Assembly: GCA_043228905.1 (NCBI GenBank)
Contig: JBHGNT010000022.1
Span: 5,642,001 to 5,706,000 of the forward strand
Direction of reading: 5' to 3'
Source of the DNA: Azolla caroliniana
Lineage: Eukaryota > Plantae > Polypodiophyta
Length of the DNA stretch: 64,000 nt
Part shown: positions 50,755 to 63,548 of the stretch, piece by piece
Numbering within the stretch: position 1 is the stretch's first letter
Layout of the letters: each line of letters starts with the position of its first letter
Translations under genes and position numbers: made by a program
Notes under the pieces: model-generated
Seen by the model: the letters and a program-made list of their open reading frames with translations, nothing else
The model's database searches: none
Told to the model about the DNA's origin: nothing

Positions 50755-53700
50755 AACGACCTAGAAACTGTCATACGCAGGTATTCAAACACCAATCGAA
50801 TGCTTCTTGATCTTCCGCATAGACGACCTCGTCCCCAACATCTGGTATCAGAGCCTGCACAGTAGTCGGTCCTTCAATCTGCTGTCGGCCGTCGTCTCAG
50901 CCTGCACAACATTCGGTTCCCTGCGTCATTCGAAGAAGAGAGAAGAAGAAGAGAAACGAGGCTTGCATCTCATCGCGTTAGATCATCTTCGCTTGGAGTA
51001 AGCCAGTAGGTTGTACTCTGTCCCTTGTGATCGTAACCGCTCGAGGTGAAATCCCCTTGTGCAACATTGACACGATCGTGCTCCACCCGGTTAAACGGCA
51101 TCCGAAGAGGTAATCAAACGCCGCTCATTGTAACCACTCGGTGCAGATCGGTCTCAAGACAACAACCCCAAATTCGTGCTTCATCTGGCTGATCGACATT
51201 CGGGAGGATCAGTTGGATCCGTCTCTCTCGTTGCTGCAGTCAACCGAAGCAGAATCGGTCCAGATAATCGGTTTCAATAATCGGTATTCGGCATATATAT
51301 CCGAAGCGAACCGGGCTCACTCCGACTCGGCAACATTCGGGAAGACCAGTCGGTTCTGTCCCTCAAGCTACCGGAGTCAATTCGAGCAAGTTCCGAAGCC
51401 GAACCGACTCGGGTTCAAATCCGACTAGAGCGATATCGGGTGAGCCAACCGGCTGCACTCCAACAAGGCTCGTAGTCAACTCCGAACCGAGCTTCGTCAA
51501 CCGAAACCAAATTTGATGGCATCAACATCCGGCTCGTCAGAAATGAGTCTACGAAAGTTCGATGGATCGAACTTCAACTTCTGGAAGGAGCAAATGCAGG
51601 ACTATCTCATAGTCAAGGGGCAAATCGATCCCATCGAAAATGAAGAACCTCCAGAAGGATACAAACCAATTGAGTGGCAGAAGCTGGACAGAATCGTCCG
51701 CGCCACGATTCGGATGCACCTATCGGAATCGGTATACTTTACGGTGCAATCGTGTACGACAGCATTCGAACTGTGGAAAACACTGTCGGACACTTACGAA
51801 AAGAAGGTCGCCGCAACAAAGATGTTTCTGATCCGGCGCCTCTACAACTTGCGGATGAAAGAATCCGACTCGGTTCAAGCACACCTCAATGAGTACGAAA
51901 GCATAAGCTCCCAAATCTCGTCACAGGGGACGGCAATCGAGGATGAACTCAGAGCAATGATACTCATGAGTAGCCTTCCCTCATCATGGGAAACTTTCGT
52001 CACAACCGTGTGCAACGCGTCAACCACGGCTGTTAAATACTCCGAAGTCACGAGCGCAATCCTGACCGAAGCAGCTCGGAGAAAGTCTTTCGCCAAAGAC
52101 TCAACAGACGACGCTTATGTAGTACAAGGTTCGACAGACCGATCGAACATACGAGGAAGAGATTCCTCACGACCGCCGAACAATCAACGAAGACGGAGCC
52201 AGTCACGGGATAACCGAATCTGCAACTATTGCAAGAAACCCGGACACATCAAAGCCGACTGCCGCGCACTCAAGAACAAGAACAACAAGAAGAGTGGCCG
52301 GCATGAGGAGATCAATTACGTCAGCTTCTCAGCTGATGTGCTACCAGACGACCCGAATATACTATCAATCGAAAATCCAGTCGGATCAGAAGTCCTACTC
52401 ACGACTGAAGAGTCGAGCACATGGCTCTTAGATTCGGGCGCGTCATTTCACGTGACTCCTCATCGATCCCAATTTCGGCAATATACGATCCGTCACTCCG
52501 ACTCAGTTCGAGTCGGCAACTCACAACACTGTGACATCATCGGAATCGGCACAGTAGAGCTCAACCTTGCAGGTGGCTCTACACTTGTACTCCACAATGT
52601 CCGACATGTACCCGAGCTCTCAAGGCCATTGATCTCAGTCGGACAACTAGATGAAGACGGCATTCGTGCCGGTTTTTCTTCGGGAGGGTGGACACTCCAC
52701 AGGGGGAACCTCCTGCTTGCTAGAGGACCCAAGATACACTCACTGTATCCGTTACATGTTACGCTCAGAGAGGGTAACCTGTTTTTGGTGGATATTCCTG
52801 TGTCATCACTATGGCACAGAAGATTAGGACACCTCAGCAAGGCCGGCATTACGCATCTATCTAGAGCCGGATACATCCCTAAACTCTCCTTCTCCGACCA
52901 TCAATTCTGCGAGCATTGCCAGTATGGCAAACAAGCAGCCGCATCACACCCGACATCAGCACCAAGAGAAACGAGACCTCTCGATTTGGTCCACTCGGAC
53001 GTCTGTGGCCCAATGCCGCATCAGTCTCTCGGCGGTGCCTCTTACTTCGTCACTTTTATTGACGATTCGACTCGAAAGGTGTGGGCGTATCCAATTCGCA
53101 CCAAAGATCGTGTCTTCTCGATCTTCTCCGATTGGCTCGCTATGGTAGAAAATCAAACCGACCGAAAACTGAAATGCTTTCGGACCGACAATGGGGGAGA
53201 GTTCAAATCCGATGAATTCGTCAAATTCTGCCGACAACGCGGCATCCGACGTGAATTTACGGCACCACACAGTCCGGAGCAAAACGGGATTGCAGAACGA
53301 ATGAATCGGACAATCCAAGAAAGGATAGTTTCCATGCTCCAACACTCCGGACTGTCGGATGGCTTCTGGGCAGAGGCTCTACTCACGGCAGTACACATAA
53401 TCAATATGTCGCCAAGTAGACCTCTAGGACTTCAAATTCCTCAGGAACTATGGATCGGTAGTAAGCCGAATTACGACAAGCTGAGGATCTTCGGATGCGA
53501 GGCGTACGCCCTTATTCCGAAAGATGATCGCCGAAAACTTGCACCTCGGTCCAGGAAATGCATTTTCCTTGGATATGGATCCGACGGCGAAATGGGATAC
53601 CGACTCTGGGACCCCGAACGCAGACAAATCGTTCGAAGTTCGGACGTTGTGTTCAACGAGTCGGCTATGAATCCATCAGTCGAAAAACCGATCGAAGTCT

Positions 53701-56004
53701 GAAGGGTAACATTTTCCGATGTGCCGACCCTTCAAGAAGGCCCCGCTCTCAACACACGGTCAGCTTCACGGGTAGCTGAACCTTACACTACCGACTCGGA
53801 CGACCCCGACTCGGCACAGCAGAACAATCCGCTTTCGGACCATCCGACCTCGATACCCGATGCGACCAGTCCAATCATACCTCGACGATCCGAGAGACTG
53901 TCGCAACCTCCGGAGAGGTATTCTCCTGGAATTTTCTTCACCGACGCCGGCGAACCAACGTCTTACGAAGAAGCATCGACATCTGTCGATTCAGCCACCT
54001 GGCATCTGGCGATGGAGTCGGAAATGCACTCCATTCGGGCAAACAAGACTTGGGATCTGGTCAAATTACCTAGGAACCGACGTGCTCTTCCTTGCAAGTG
54101 GGTTTATCGACTAAAAGAGACGTCTGATTCGACCACCCCAAAGTACAAGGCCAGATTAGTTGCGAAGGGCTTCCGACAAGAATATGGCGTCGACTTCGAC
54201 GAGATTTTTTCACCAGTGGTGAAAATGACAACCCTTCGTTTTCTACTCGGCGTAGTGGCAGCCGACAACTTGGAGCTGATTCAGCTAGATGTCAAAACAG
54301 CCTTCCTCCATGGTGATCTTGACGAGGAAATTTATATGGAGCAGCCAAAAGGCTTTGTGGCAACTGGCCAAGAACATCTAGTCTGCCGACTCAGGAAGAG
54401 TCTATACGGCCTCAAACAGGCACCGCGACAATGGTACAAGAAGTTCGACGACTTCATCCAATCGATCGGCTTCTCCAAAAGCGATGAGGACCATTGTCTC
54501 TTCACCAACACAGCTCAAGATGGATCACCCATCTTCCTCATCATTTACGTGGATGACATGCTAATTTCTGGACGCCACGCGGGCGAACTTGCCGATCTCA
54601 TTCGGCAACTGCGGTTGAAGTTTGCCATGAAGGACCTCGGTCCGGCACGACACATACTCGGCATGAAGATTAGTCGGCATCGCGACAAACGACATCTTTT
54701 TTTGTCTCAGACCGACTATATCGGACGTGTCTTGGAACGCTTCAACATGCAATCAGCCAAATCTGCTTCAACCCCGCTCCCAATGAATCTTCGGCTCTCT
54801 CAGCGAGACTGCCCGACATCCGGCCCGGAGGGGGAAGATATGAAGTCGGTACCGTATGCACCGGCAGTCGGCTCCCTTATGTACCTGATGGTTGCGACAC
54901 GGCCTGATATTTCTCATGCCGTAGGAGTCGTTAGCAAATTTATGCACAATCCTGGCCGATCGCATTGGAACGCAGTCAAGCATGTGTTCAGATATTTGGC
55001 TGGCACAAAAGACCATGGCATTCTTTTCGGTCCGAACCGAACCTCAGGCGTAGTCGGTTACACCGACTCGGACTTCGCCGGCTGTATAGACAGTCGGAAA
55101 TCAACAACCGGATACTGCTTCAAATTCGGCAATGGAGCAATCTCGTGGAAGTCGAAACTTCAGGAGTGCACAGCGACCTCAACGACCGAAGCAGAATATG
55201 TAGCTGCGTCCGACGCAACAAAAGAAGCTTTGTGGCTCGGTCGGCTGGCACACACGTTTCGACAAGTCGACCATGACTCGGCTCCAGTTGTCTACAGCGA
55301 CAGTCAAGGTGCTGTTGCCTTGTCGAAAAATCCGGTTCACCACAACGCCTCCAAACATATCGACGTTCGATATCACTTCGTTCGGGACTGCGTCATTTCA
55401 GGGAAAATCGGTCTAGAGAAAATATCCACAACCGACAATGTCGCAGATGGAATGACCAAGTGTCTTTCGGCAGACCGCTTTCGGTCTCTTCGGCATCAGA
55501 TGGGCGTAACGACAAACCAGTCCGGTTAGAGCCGGACACAGAGCAGGATGGTTCCCGACAACCGACATCAGTTCCTTAATGATCGGCTTCAACTGTTCCG
55601 ACCCGACCAGTTCGGTCTTCTGCCTTCGGACCCTGCCGACTCGAACAAAGCTGATATGTCCGAGAACCTAAGTCTATACCTGTAATCTTAGATAACCCAT
55701 GTATACGCCCATTACGGGGGAGTGTCGAATACAAGTGTATAATGGACGTATTCACACTATCCCTTTAGGCCATTTGTGTAATTAGCATAAAGGGTAGTTG
55801 CCCTAAGTCGATCGCTATATATAGTGACCTTGTAACCTTTTTGTAAGGTTGGGTGTTGTATTATTGCTTTGTGGAATAAGAAAATCTTTTGTGTGTGTCT
55901 CTCTCTCTCTCTCTGTGCAACGACCTAGAAACTGTCATACGCAGGTATTCAAACACCAATCGAATGCTTCTTGATCTTCCGCATAGACGACCTCGTCCCC
56001 AACA
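50551..56004 (+). mobile_element. Copia-3, full-length, nearly intact Ty1/copia element
   Basis: LTRs at 50551-50840 and 55723-56004. TSD GGGTG (50546-50550 / 56005-56009). PBS TGGTATCAGAGC at 50843-50854. PPT acgggggag at 55714-55722. Confidence 0.97.
51516..55529 (+). pseudogene. Copia-3 gag-pol; one in-frame stop (53700-53702), otherwise open
   Basis: KFDGSNFNFWK, CNYCKKPGHIKADC, WLLDSGAS, WHRRLGH, integrase core, YVDDML, RNase H. ORFs 51513-53702 and 53721-55529 share a frame. Confidence 0.95.
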
Positions 56005-57862
56005 GGGTGCAGCATGCGGTAGCAGACTACCTGAGCAGACTAGAATCCGGAGAATCAGGGGACGGCGTACAGGACGAATTTCCCGACGCCGAGTTGTTTA
56101 GGGTCACGACGGCACCGGCAACGGAGGCCACAGTAGCGGACGAAGACAAATGGTTAACCGAAATGCATCAGTTCCTGAGCACCGGAGTTCCCCCGGAAAA
56201 CCTGGACCGAGACGAACGGAAAAGGATGGCAGTACGGAGCAGACATTTCTGCTTGGTAGGAGACACCCTCTATCACAAGGGGGCAGATGGCGTATGGAGG
56301 CGAGCAGTGCGGAGCGATGAAAAGGATCTGATCCTGAGGGAAGCCCAGTGTGGAATTGCAGGCGGGCATTATGCCGGCGAAACAACAGCCCGGAAGATAT
56401 GGCAGAGCGGACTATGGTGGCCGACTACCATGAGAGATGTCGTTAAGTATAGCAGGGAATGCGACCTGTGTCAACGACTGGGCCAACCCACGGATCAGGC
56501 CCGGATGCCACATCACCCAGTCTTGCCATTAGAACCATTCCAAAAGTGGGGCTTGGACTTTGTCGGTCCATTCAAGCCACCGGCAATGCGGACCGGAAAT
56601 CGGTATATAATAGTAGCTACCGACTACTGCACGAAATGGGTAGAAGCAAAGGCATTACGGGACAACACGGCGGCGTCCACGGCCAAATTTTTATACGAAT
56701 GCATATGGTGTCGGTACGGATGCCCGATTGAGCTGATTAGTGACCAGGGAGGACATTTCCTCGGGCAGGTGGTGGAAAGTTTGACATCATTCTATGCGGT
56801 AGTACACAAACGAAGCACTCCCTACTACCCTCAAGCCAACGGATTAGCGGAATCAACGAACAAAACGCTACAGAACATCCTTAGAAAAATCGTCAATGAG
56901 AACCGGACCGACTGGGACACGAAGTTGCAGAGCGTGCTGTGGGCGTACCGAACGGCGTACAAGACTAGAATCCGGACAACCCCGTTCCGACTGGCATTCG
57001 GCTTGGAAGCAGTCATGCCAGTAGAATTCCAAATTCCTAGCTTAAGAATACAGGTTAAGGAGCGGTTAAGCGAGAAGGAATCCGAACGAATCCGGCTGGA
57101 GATGCTGTTGGAACTGGAAGAAAATCGAATAGCCAGCCTGCTACAGCTAGAACTAGAGCAAAGGAGGAGGAAAGCCTTTGTAGACCGACACCGGCGCGGT
57201 AACGAAAAGGAATTCGAGGTCAGGAAACCTGTATTACTGTTCCAGACAAGGATGGGGAGCATGCCAGGGAAATTGCGATTTCGGTGGACCGAACCATTCT
57301 GGATCACAAAGGAGTACAATGGGTCTTACCAGCTCGGGACGTTGTCAGGAGAAGTTGTGGGCAAATGGGCAAATGGGTTTCGCCTAAAACCGTATAAGGG
57401 GCACATGCCAGCTAACCCCTTCAAACAAGACCCGGAAATCCCGAATGGCGAGGAACCGACACAGATCCGGAGGACCGAGGAGCCGACACCGACGCGTAAC
57501 AACGACGAGGAACCGACAACAGTGCGCACCGACCCGAACACATCGGGGGGAACCGAACAATGATGCGGCACATGTTATAAAAAAAAAAAAAATAATAAAA
57601 AAATAATAAAAAATAAAGAATGACGTGGTGCTACGGGTAGAAAATTCAAGACAAGAAGATCAAGAAAATCATGGTAATGACGAAGGAAGTAGTTACAACC
57701 GTCACACGGGTGCACGAGCTATTTAAAACACAGAACGTGGGGGGCCGATGTACAGGAATTAAATTAAAACGTGCGGCAATCAAGGAGTCATAATGACAGA
57801 CACGTAGGAGATTCGACACACGCGGCAAAGAAGCGCAAGCCTGACACGCGGCAGCAAAGGAC

Positions 57863-57980
57863 AGACATGCTATTCATGACAGAGCATGCGCAGGCGCCAA
57901 AAATAGGACATGCTATTCAGGACAGAGCATGCGCAGGCGCCAAAAATAGGACATGCTATTCAGGACAGAGCATGCGCAGG
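57863..57980 (+). repeat. Three ~43-bp tandem repeats upstream of the extra ORF
   Basis: gacatgctattcaggacagagcatgcgcaggcgccaaaaatag, three copies (third partial). TATATAAA at 58084. Confidence 0.85.
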
Positions 57981-58224
57981 CAGAGGACGTGCAGACGCCA
58001 AAATTAAAAAGTGACATGCTAATTATGGCAGAAGATACGCATGCGCGAAAAACAGGAAAAGGCGGCTCGAGGGAAACGGCACTATATAAAGGAAGAACCG
58101 GAGAAGGGTTCAATTTTTACGAATTTTCCCACAAGCAAACGCAGGCTCAAGACAGCAAGATCCGACGCGCAGAACACCTACACCCCGACCTCAGACCACA
58201 GGCAGCAGCAGACGAAGAAGAAGC

Positions 58225-61101
58225 GATGGCATTGTCGGACGGAGCGCGACAATGGCTGACGGAGAACGGATTAGGAGGGCTGCTGCGGGTCGCTGACGCT
58301 CCACCACACAAGGAACCAGAGCAGGCGGCAACAGCGGTGGACTTAGCAGAAGTCACCGAAGGAGCGGTACAAGCGCTCACAGGGATTTCGGAGGGAGGAC
58401 TTCAGACGATAGAGCTACCCTCGAGCCAAATATTCTTCGAGTATTTCGGCGAATACTCCCTTAGCAGCAAGGCATATCGCACACAGGGCGGAGAGAACCT
58501 GCTGTTCGGGGAGGTGGCCCGCGCCCTGATGGAGTATGGGTTCGTGAACCCTCGGCCACCAGCCATAGCCAAATACCGAGCAGCGATAGTCATCGCGACA
58601 TTCGAAGGCCTGCAGGTGGACTGGCTCCACTTCATCACCGAAGGACAGTGTTGGTCCCACCGGTGTCCCCCCTCAAGCACAAGCAAAGAAGTCGGCAGGA
58701 GACTACGCCGAAGCAAACCATGAAGCGCCGACGAATCCTAGAGAAACACACTCCAGGATGGACACAGGAAGAAGAAGCGCCGCGGGAAGAAGGATTATCC
58801 CGACAGCCGCCGGAAGAGGGATCATCCCGACAGCCGCGGAAAGAAGGCTCATCTCGACAACCGCGGGAAGAAGACTCCTCCCGACAGCGACGGGAGAAAG
58901 GCTCATCACGGCAGCCACAGAAACAGCAACAGCAACCGACGACGAAGAAAAAAAAGGCGGAAAAAGGCAAGGAGAAGCTGGCGAAGAAGACCAGCAAGAG
59001 GCAAACCGACACCGAACCAGTAACGCTCGAATCAGAACCGGTACCAGTAAAGGAACCAATAGTCGCACCGACGGAGGACGCTGAAACAGAGGAAGACTCA
59101 TCCCAACCGATGTTAATACTACCACCCAGGCAAGGAAAGGAGAAACGAGCGACAAGACCGACCCCAACAGCGGACGGAACTCAGCAACGGGCAAAAGAAC
59201 CGCCTCCAGTAACTGGAACAGAAGCGACACAGGATGAAGGTCCGTCTGCACCAAAGACGGCAGTACCGGAACCGACGGCGGCGGAGTTCGAAGAACAAAG
59301 AAAGGAACAAGCGCCGGAACAAGAGAAGAGGCCGGAGAAACAGCCGGAAAAACAGCCGGAGCTAGGCACGTCTGCTGACACCAACGAAGGCAGAACAAAG
59401 GCACAATGGCTAAGGTGGTTGTCAGGGCAGTTGTCAGGAGTAGCAGACCAGATGGAGAAAGAGGAGGAGCAAAGGGAAGAAGTGACTAGGACGACGACTA
59501 AGGATATGGTCATGCTCCGGGCACAATTACATGAGCTGCAAGAAGAGCTAGCACAGGCAAAAGAAGGCAGCCGACAAGCACGAGATGGCACCGAGCCGGT
59601 CGGGACATCAGAAAAGCAAGCCGAACCAGAAACGGAGAAGGCCTTGCAAACCGGCCCTGAGACCGAGAAGTTAATAGCAACTTTGAAAGAAGAATTACAG
59701 GCTCAGGAGGCATTGAGAGATAACGAAAGAGAGCAGCGGAAGTTGGTAGAAGACGACAGACGGCGAATGGAGGAAGGCCTTCGCCGAAGCAAAGCCACCA
59801 ATGACCGACTACAAGAAGAAAACGGGACACTGCAAAAGGAAAAAGATAGGCTGCGCCGACGAATGGAGCAGGAAATTGAGCGGTTGCGAGAGGAACTCCG
59901 ACAACAAAAGGACCGGGATGATCAGTTGCAAGCTCAGGCGAACCGACGCCTAAAACAGAAGACGGAGGAATTCAACCGACTATGTAAGGATTATAAACAG
60001 GCCACGTCGGACATCAAGAATCAGGCAGCAACGTACGACCGACAGATAGAGAAGCTGAAAGAGCAGCTCAAGGAAAACCGCTTGGAATTGTCCAAAGCAA
60101 GGGAGGAAGTATCGACGGAGAAGACCTTGACGTCGGAACAAAGAAAGGAGATGGAAGTACTTCGGCAGAAAGTAGGGGAGCTGACAAAGAGCAGGAACGA
60201 GGAAAAAGTGAAGTCGACTTTCGAAATCAACAAATGGCGGAGTTCCTGTGACAAGCAAAAAGCCGACTCTGAAGCTCAAGCTCAGTTAATGGCCGACATC
60301 ATCAAACGGATAAGGAAGGAAAAACAAGCAGCTTCGGAACAGGCTAAAGCAGGGGTTGACCGAATTAAGTTCATCATGTCAAGTTGGAGTACCAGAGCTC
60401 AGGCCAGCATAAATGAAAGCACGGAGAAACTCTGGAGGGAATGGGCACAACAGGCAGCTGAACTACAGACACTCCGAGCTGATGTAGAAAATCGGAAGAA
60501 AACCGGAGATGGGTTCTATAAAATGGACGAAGAAAGTATCGTCAACATCCGGGAAGAATTGTCGGAGGATTTCTATGCTCTAGCAGAAGAGCATCTCAAG
60601 GAAATTCGAGGGTTAGTAGAGAGGTTGGATGACGGGCAGCTCGAAACCCAACTAGAATTGGAAGGGTACGAGAAGGACCGACTGCGACAGGAAGCCGAGG
60701 GACACACAACGCCGATCTCCATCAGTGAGGGCGAGCGACCGGCTGAAGAGGACCCAACCAACAATGCACCCCGACAAGAATTACCCGAGGAAGAACTTCC
60801 GGAGCAAGAACAGGTTGATGCCGGGGATGATGCAGAGTGGAGACAAAGAAGTACCGAATCCGGGGAGGAAAGGACACAACCAGTGGAAACCGGAGAGAGC
60901 GATACCGGGAACGGAACGGAGGTGGAGCAGGACAGACCCGGACAGGATACAGAAGAAACACCGGTACCACCGGTACAAGCAGAGTCGGAGCAGCAAGATG
61001 CGAAAAGGCAGCCAATCCAATCGGAAGTCGGAGACGGCACAGGCAAGACAACACTTGAAACCTCTGAGCGGAGTTTGCTGGATAATTTGGAGGAAGACTG
61101 A
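58225..61101 (+). CDS. Extra 3' ORF of Gypsy-4: globular N-terminal domain, low-complexity linker, long coiled coil, acidic tail; frame break near 58645
   Basis: MALSDGARQWL.. (frame of ORF 57953-58723), then the 817-aa ORF 58648-61101 rich in E/K/Q/R heptads. Ends 50 bp before the 3' LTR. Confidence 0.75.
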
Positions 61102-61634
61102 AGCCGGCTGTGGGTTCGAAGTGCAATGCACTTTCCCACGGGCGTGCCATGTGTTGGCCGGTTAGAGAAGGCAAATGGGGAAGCAAGGTCGGATCGGATA
61201 AATATAGAAATAGGAATAGAATTATTAGGAGGGACGGATCCGGTAGTTCTAACCGATCCGGATCCGAACCGATTCGGTTTCGGTTAACGGTTGCCTACCG
61301 AGCACCGATTGTAATCTGGCTGGATGCCTATAAAAGGATCCGATGTTTTGTAATGAAGTGGCGAAGAATTAATATAGTTTTGCTTATGCTTATTAATCTT
61401 GTCTTCGTCTGTGCTTAAGTGTAATTATCATACGCGTGTATTAACATCCTATCCCTACCACCCCTTTGGAGAAGTGTCGAATAGACACCTGTGTTGCGGC
61501 TAGTCCAGCCATACATACAACAACCATGCGAAGGCTGAGCCGCTTACTCAGGATGCATCAGTGGGGTATCGAGAAGGATGCATCTAAATGACTAAGTGTA
61601 CCTGATTGAGGAATCCCCTAAATTGCGATCGCGT

Positions 61635-62256
61635 TGTCGTGAAGATCCGTTACTACGCGTAGATCGTGAGGCGGAACCGCCGGGGTTCTGGACCAGAAGG
61701 ATTCGACGTTGGCACAAGCTTTAGCGAGAAAGGAATTAAGATAGATTGAAAGAGAGAGAGATTGAGAAAAGATAGAATGCTTGATTTTAGATTGCGAGAG
61801 AGATTAAGAACTCTTGACTTTAGATTTCAGAAACAAGTTACACGATCAATTCGATAACAAGTTTTCTTCTTCTTAATTTCATAACCAAAAGAGCCTACCC
61901 TTTCTTCTTTTTCATCACTTCTTTTATAGATGCTCTCATGCATATGATGCATGTGAGGGTACAAGGCATGCATAAAATGCATGTTTCCCATTTGGCGCTC
62001 ATGTATTACATGTGGTGCATGATAACCATGTCACTCATTTTAGCGCTCATCTATGTGAATTTACATGTAAAAGTACAATGATAGAAATATAAATTCAACT
62101 AAATGTCATGGCTTAGTGGTAAGCCTACTGACTCTCAACTAAGAGGTGCAAGGTTCGAATCCTTACATGCCCTCCTTACATATACATATGTGATATATAT
62201 ATATTTATTAATTAATTTCATCGCCGAATGCCGGATGCCGATTCCCAACTCGCCGG
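61635..62256 (-). mobile_element. Start of an LTR related to the solo LTR at 35117-36015, inserted in Gypsy-2 gag and itself interrupted
   Basis: Begins tgtcgtgaag (reverse complement of cttcacgaca) after the target ..GCGT. Shares the ccatttggcgc.catgtatt..catg block and the downstream tRNA-like module with 35580-35820. Confidence 0.75.
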
Positions 62257-62611
62257 TGTCGTGTGAATCTTCACACACTATGTAAAAAATAATGAAATAA
62301 TTATTATAGATTAGATTAGTATTACTATAGAAAGATGGATATACTCAAGTGCTTCAAAACGTTTTTACTATATACAAAATGGAGAAATACATATCAAGTT
62401 ATGTGAAAAAAAAGTTTGAGAAGATAGGGAAATTAGAACTATCCCACATAGATAGGAAAGTTAAGGCCCTGGCTATATAAGCACCTTGAGCTCCCTCATT
62501 TTTCATGTGTGCTAAGAGTACTTTGGCCACTTTGTCTTGATAGATGATGGTGGCCAAATTCCCTAAAACCGGAAACCGACCGGTAAACAAATAGGAGAAT
62601 GGCCGTGTCTA

Positions 62612-63172
62612 TTGCCATTTGCAGTATGGGCTGACAGGACTACTCATAGCACGGTGACGGGATACATGCCGGCAGAGATCATATTCGAACAAAAGCCAAT
62701 AATGCCTGTAGAACAAAGTATTATTTCATGGTTTGCATTGCCATGGCAAGATGAGATAAGTAGAGAAGATCTTCTAGCATTGAGGATTCAACAATTAGAG
62801 CGAAATTTGGAAGATATAGAGGAGGCTAAAGCGCGGCTAAAGAATGCAAGGCTAAAGAACAAGAAAGACTTCGATAAACGACATCGACTTCGGCCAAGGA
62901 AAATCGTTGAAGGAGATTGGGTGTTAGTCTATGACAGTAGCCTAGATAACCAACATAGTACGGCTCGAAAATTCTCACAACGATGGTTTGGGCCATATGT
63001 GGTGAAGAAAGTGGAAGATAATGCAACATATCATTTAGTAGAACTGGATGGTACACCACTTGCCTTGCCAATTGCCGGTAAAAGAATCAAGATCTTCAAG
63101 AGAAGAGATAGAATAGAAATTGGATTCGAAGCTTTTGACGATTCAATCTTAAGCATCGATGAAAAAGTATAG
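62612..63172 (+). pseudogene. Gypsy-5 integrase C-terminal fragment
   Basis: WADRTT..TGYMPAE..RHRLRPRKIVEGDWVLVYDSSLD..RWFGPY..LVELDG, homologous to the Gypsy-3 integrase. Confidence 0.9.
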
Positions 63173-63548
63173 TAAACAAAAGTGGAGCCTCATCAAAATT
63201 GGCACATACCGATGGATGTGCAGGTTTGGTGGGGGCGAATGTCGTGTGAATCTTCACACACTATGTAAAAAAATAATGAAATAATTATTATAGATTAGAT
63301 TAGTATTACTATAGAAAGATGGATATACTCAAGAGCTTCAAAACGTTTTTACTATATACAAAATGGAGAAATACATATCAAGTTATGTGAAAATAAAGTT
63401 TGAGAAGATAGGGAAATTAGAACTATCCCACATAGATAGGAAAGTTAAGGCCCTTGCTATATAAGCACCTTGAGCTCCCTCATTTTTCATTTGTGCTAAG
63501 AGTACTTTGGCCACTTTGTCTTGATGGATGATGGTGGCCAAATTCCCT

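Larger units (their letters stand above)
46312..57563 (+). pseudogene. Gypsy-4 single-frame gag-pol, with one nonsense codon (49822-49824) and interrupted by Copia-3
   Basis: Retrotrans_gag (LEGPAARW..RQGENETV), three zinc knuckles, protease IIDGGSGVN, RT FLDGFSGYNQI/FLDDF, RNase H VDVSD..EREAL, HRPG|VQHAVAD rejoined across Copia-3, integrase WGLDFVGP/SDQG/PQANGLAE. Confidence 0.95.
45889..61522 (+). mobile_element. Gypsy-4, large non-chromovirus (Athila/Tat/Phygy-like) element with an extra 3' ORF and nested Copia-3
   Basis: 371-bp LTRs at 45889-46259 and 61152-61522 (5 substitutions by eye). TSD ACCAT (45884-45888 / 61523-61527). PBS at 46266-46275. Confidence 0.95.
27853..61634 (-). mobile_element. 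Gypsy-2, Tcn1-like chromovirus (same family as Gypsy-1), fragmented by four insertions; 5' end not in the window
   Basis: 3' LTR at 27853-28304. PPT at 28305-28317. Internal pieces 28305-29177, 34467-35096, 43036-45888 and 61523-61634 rejoin collinearly with Gypsy-1. Confidence 0.92.

Noticed and set aside
58648-61101. Retroviral env or a captured host SMC/myosin gene
   Set aside because: No signal peptide, transmembrane helix or ATPase motifs. Coiled-coil composition alone does not show homology.
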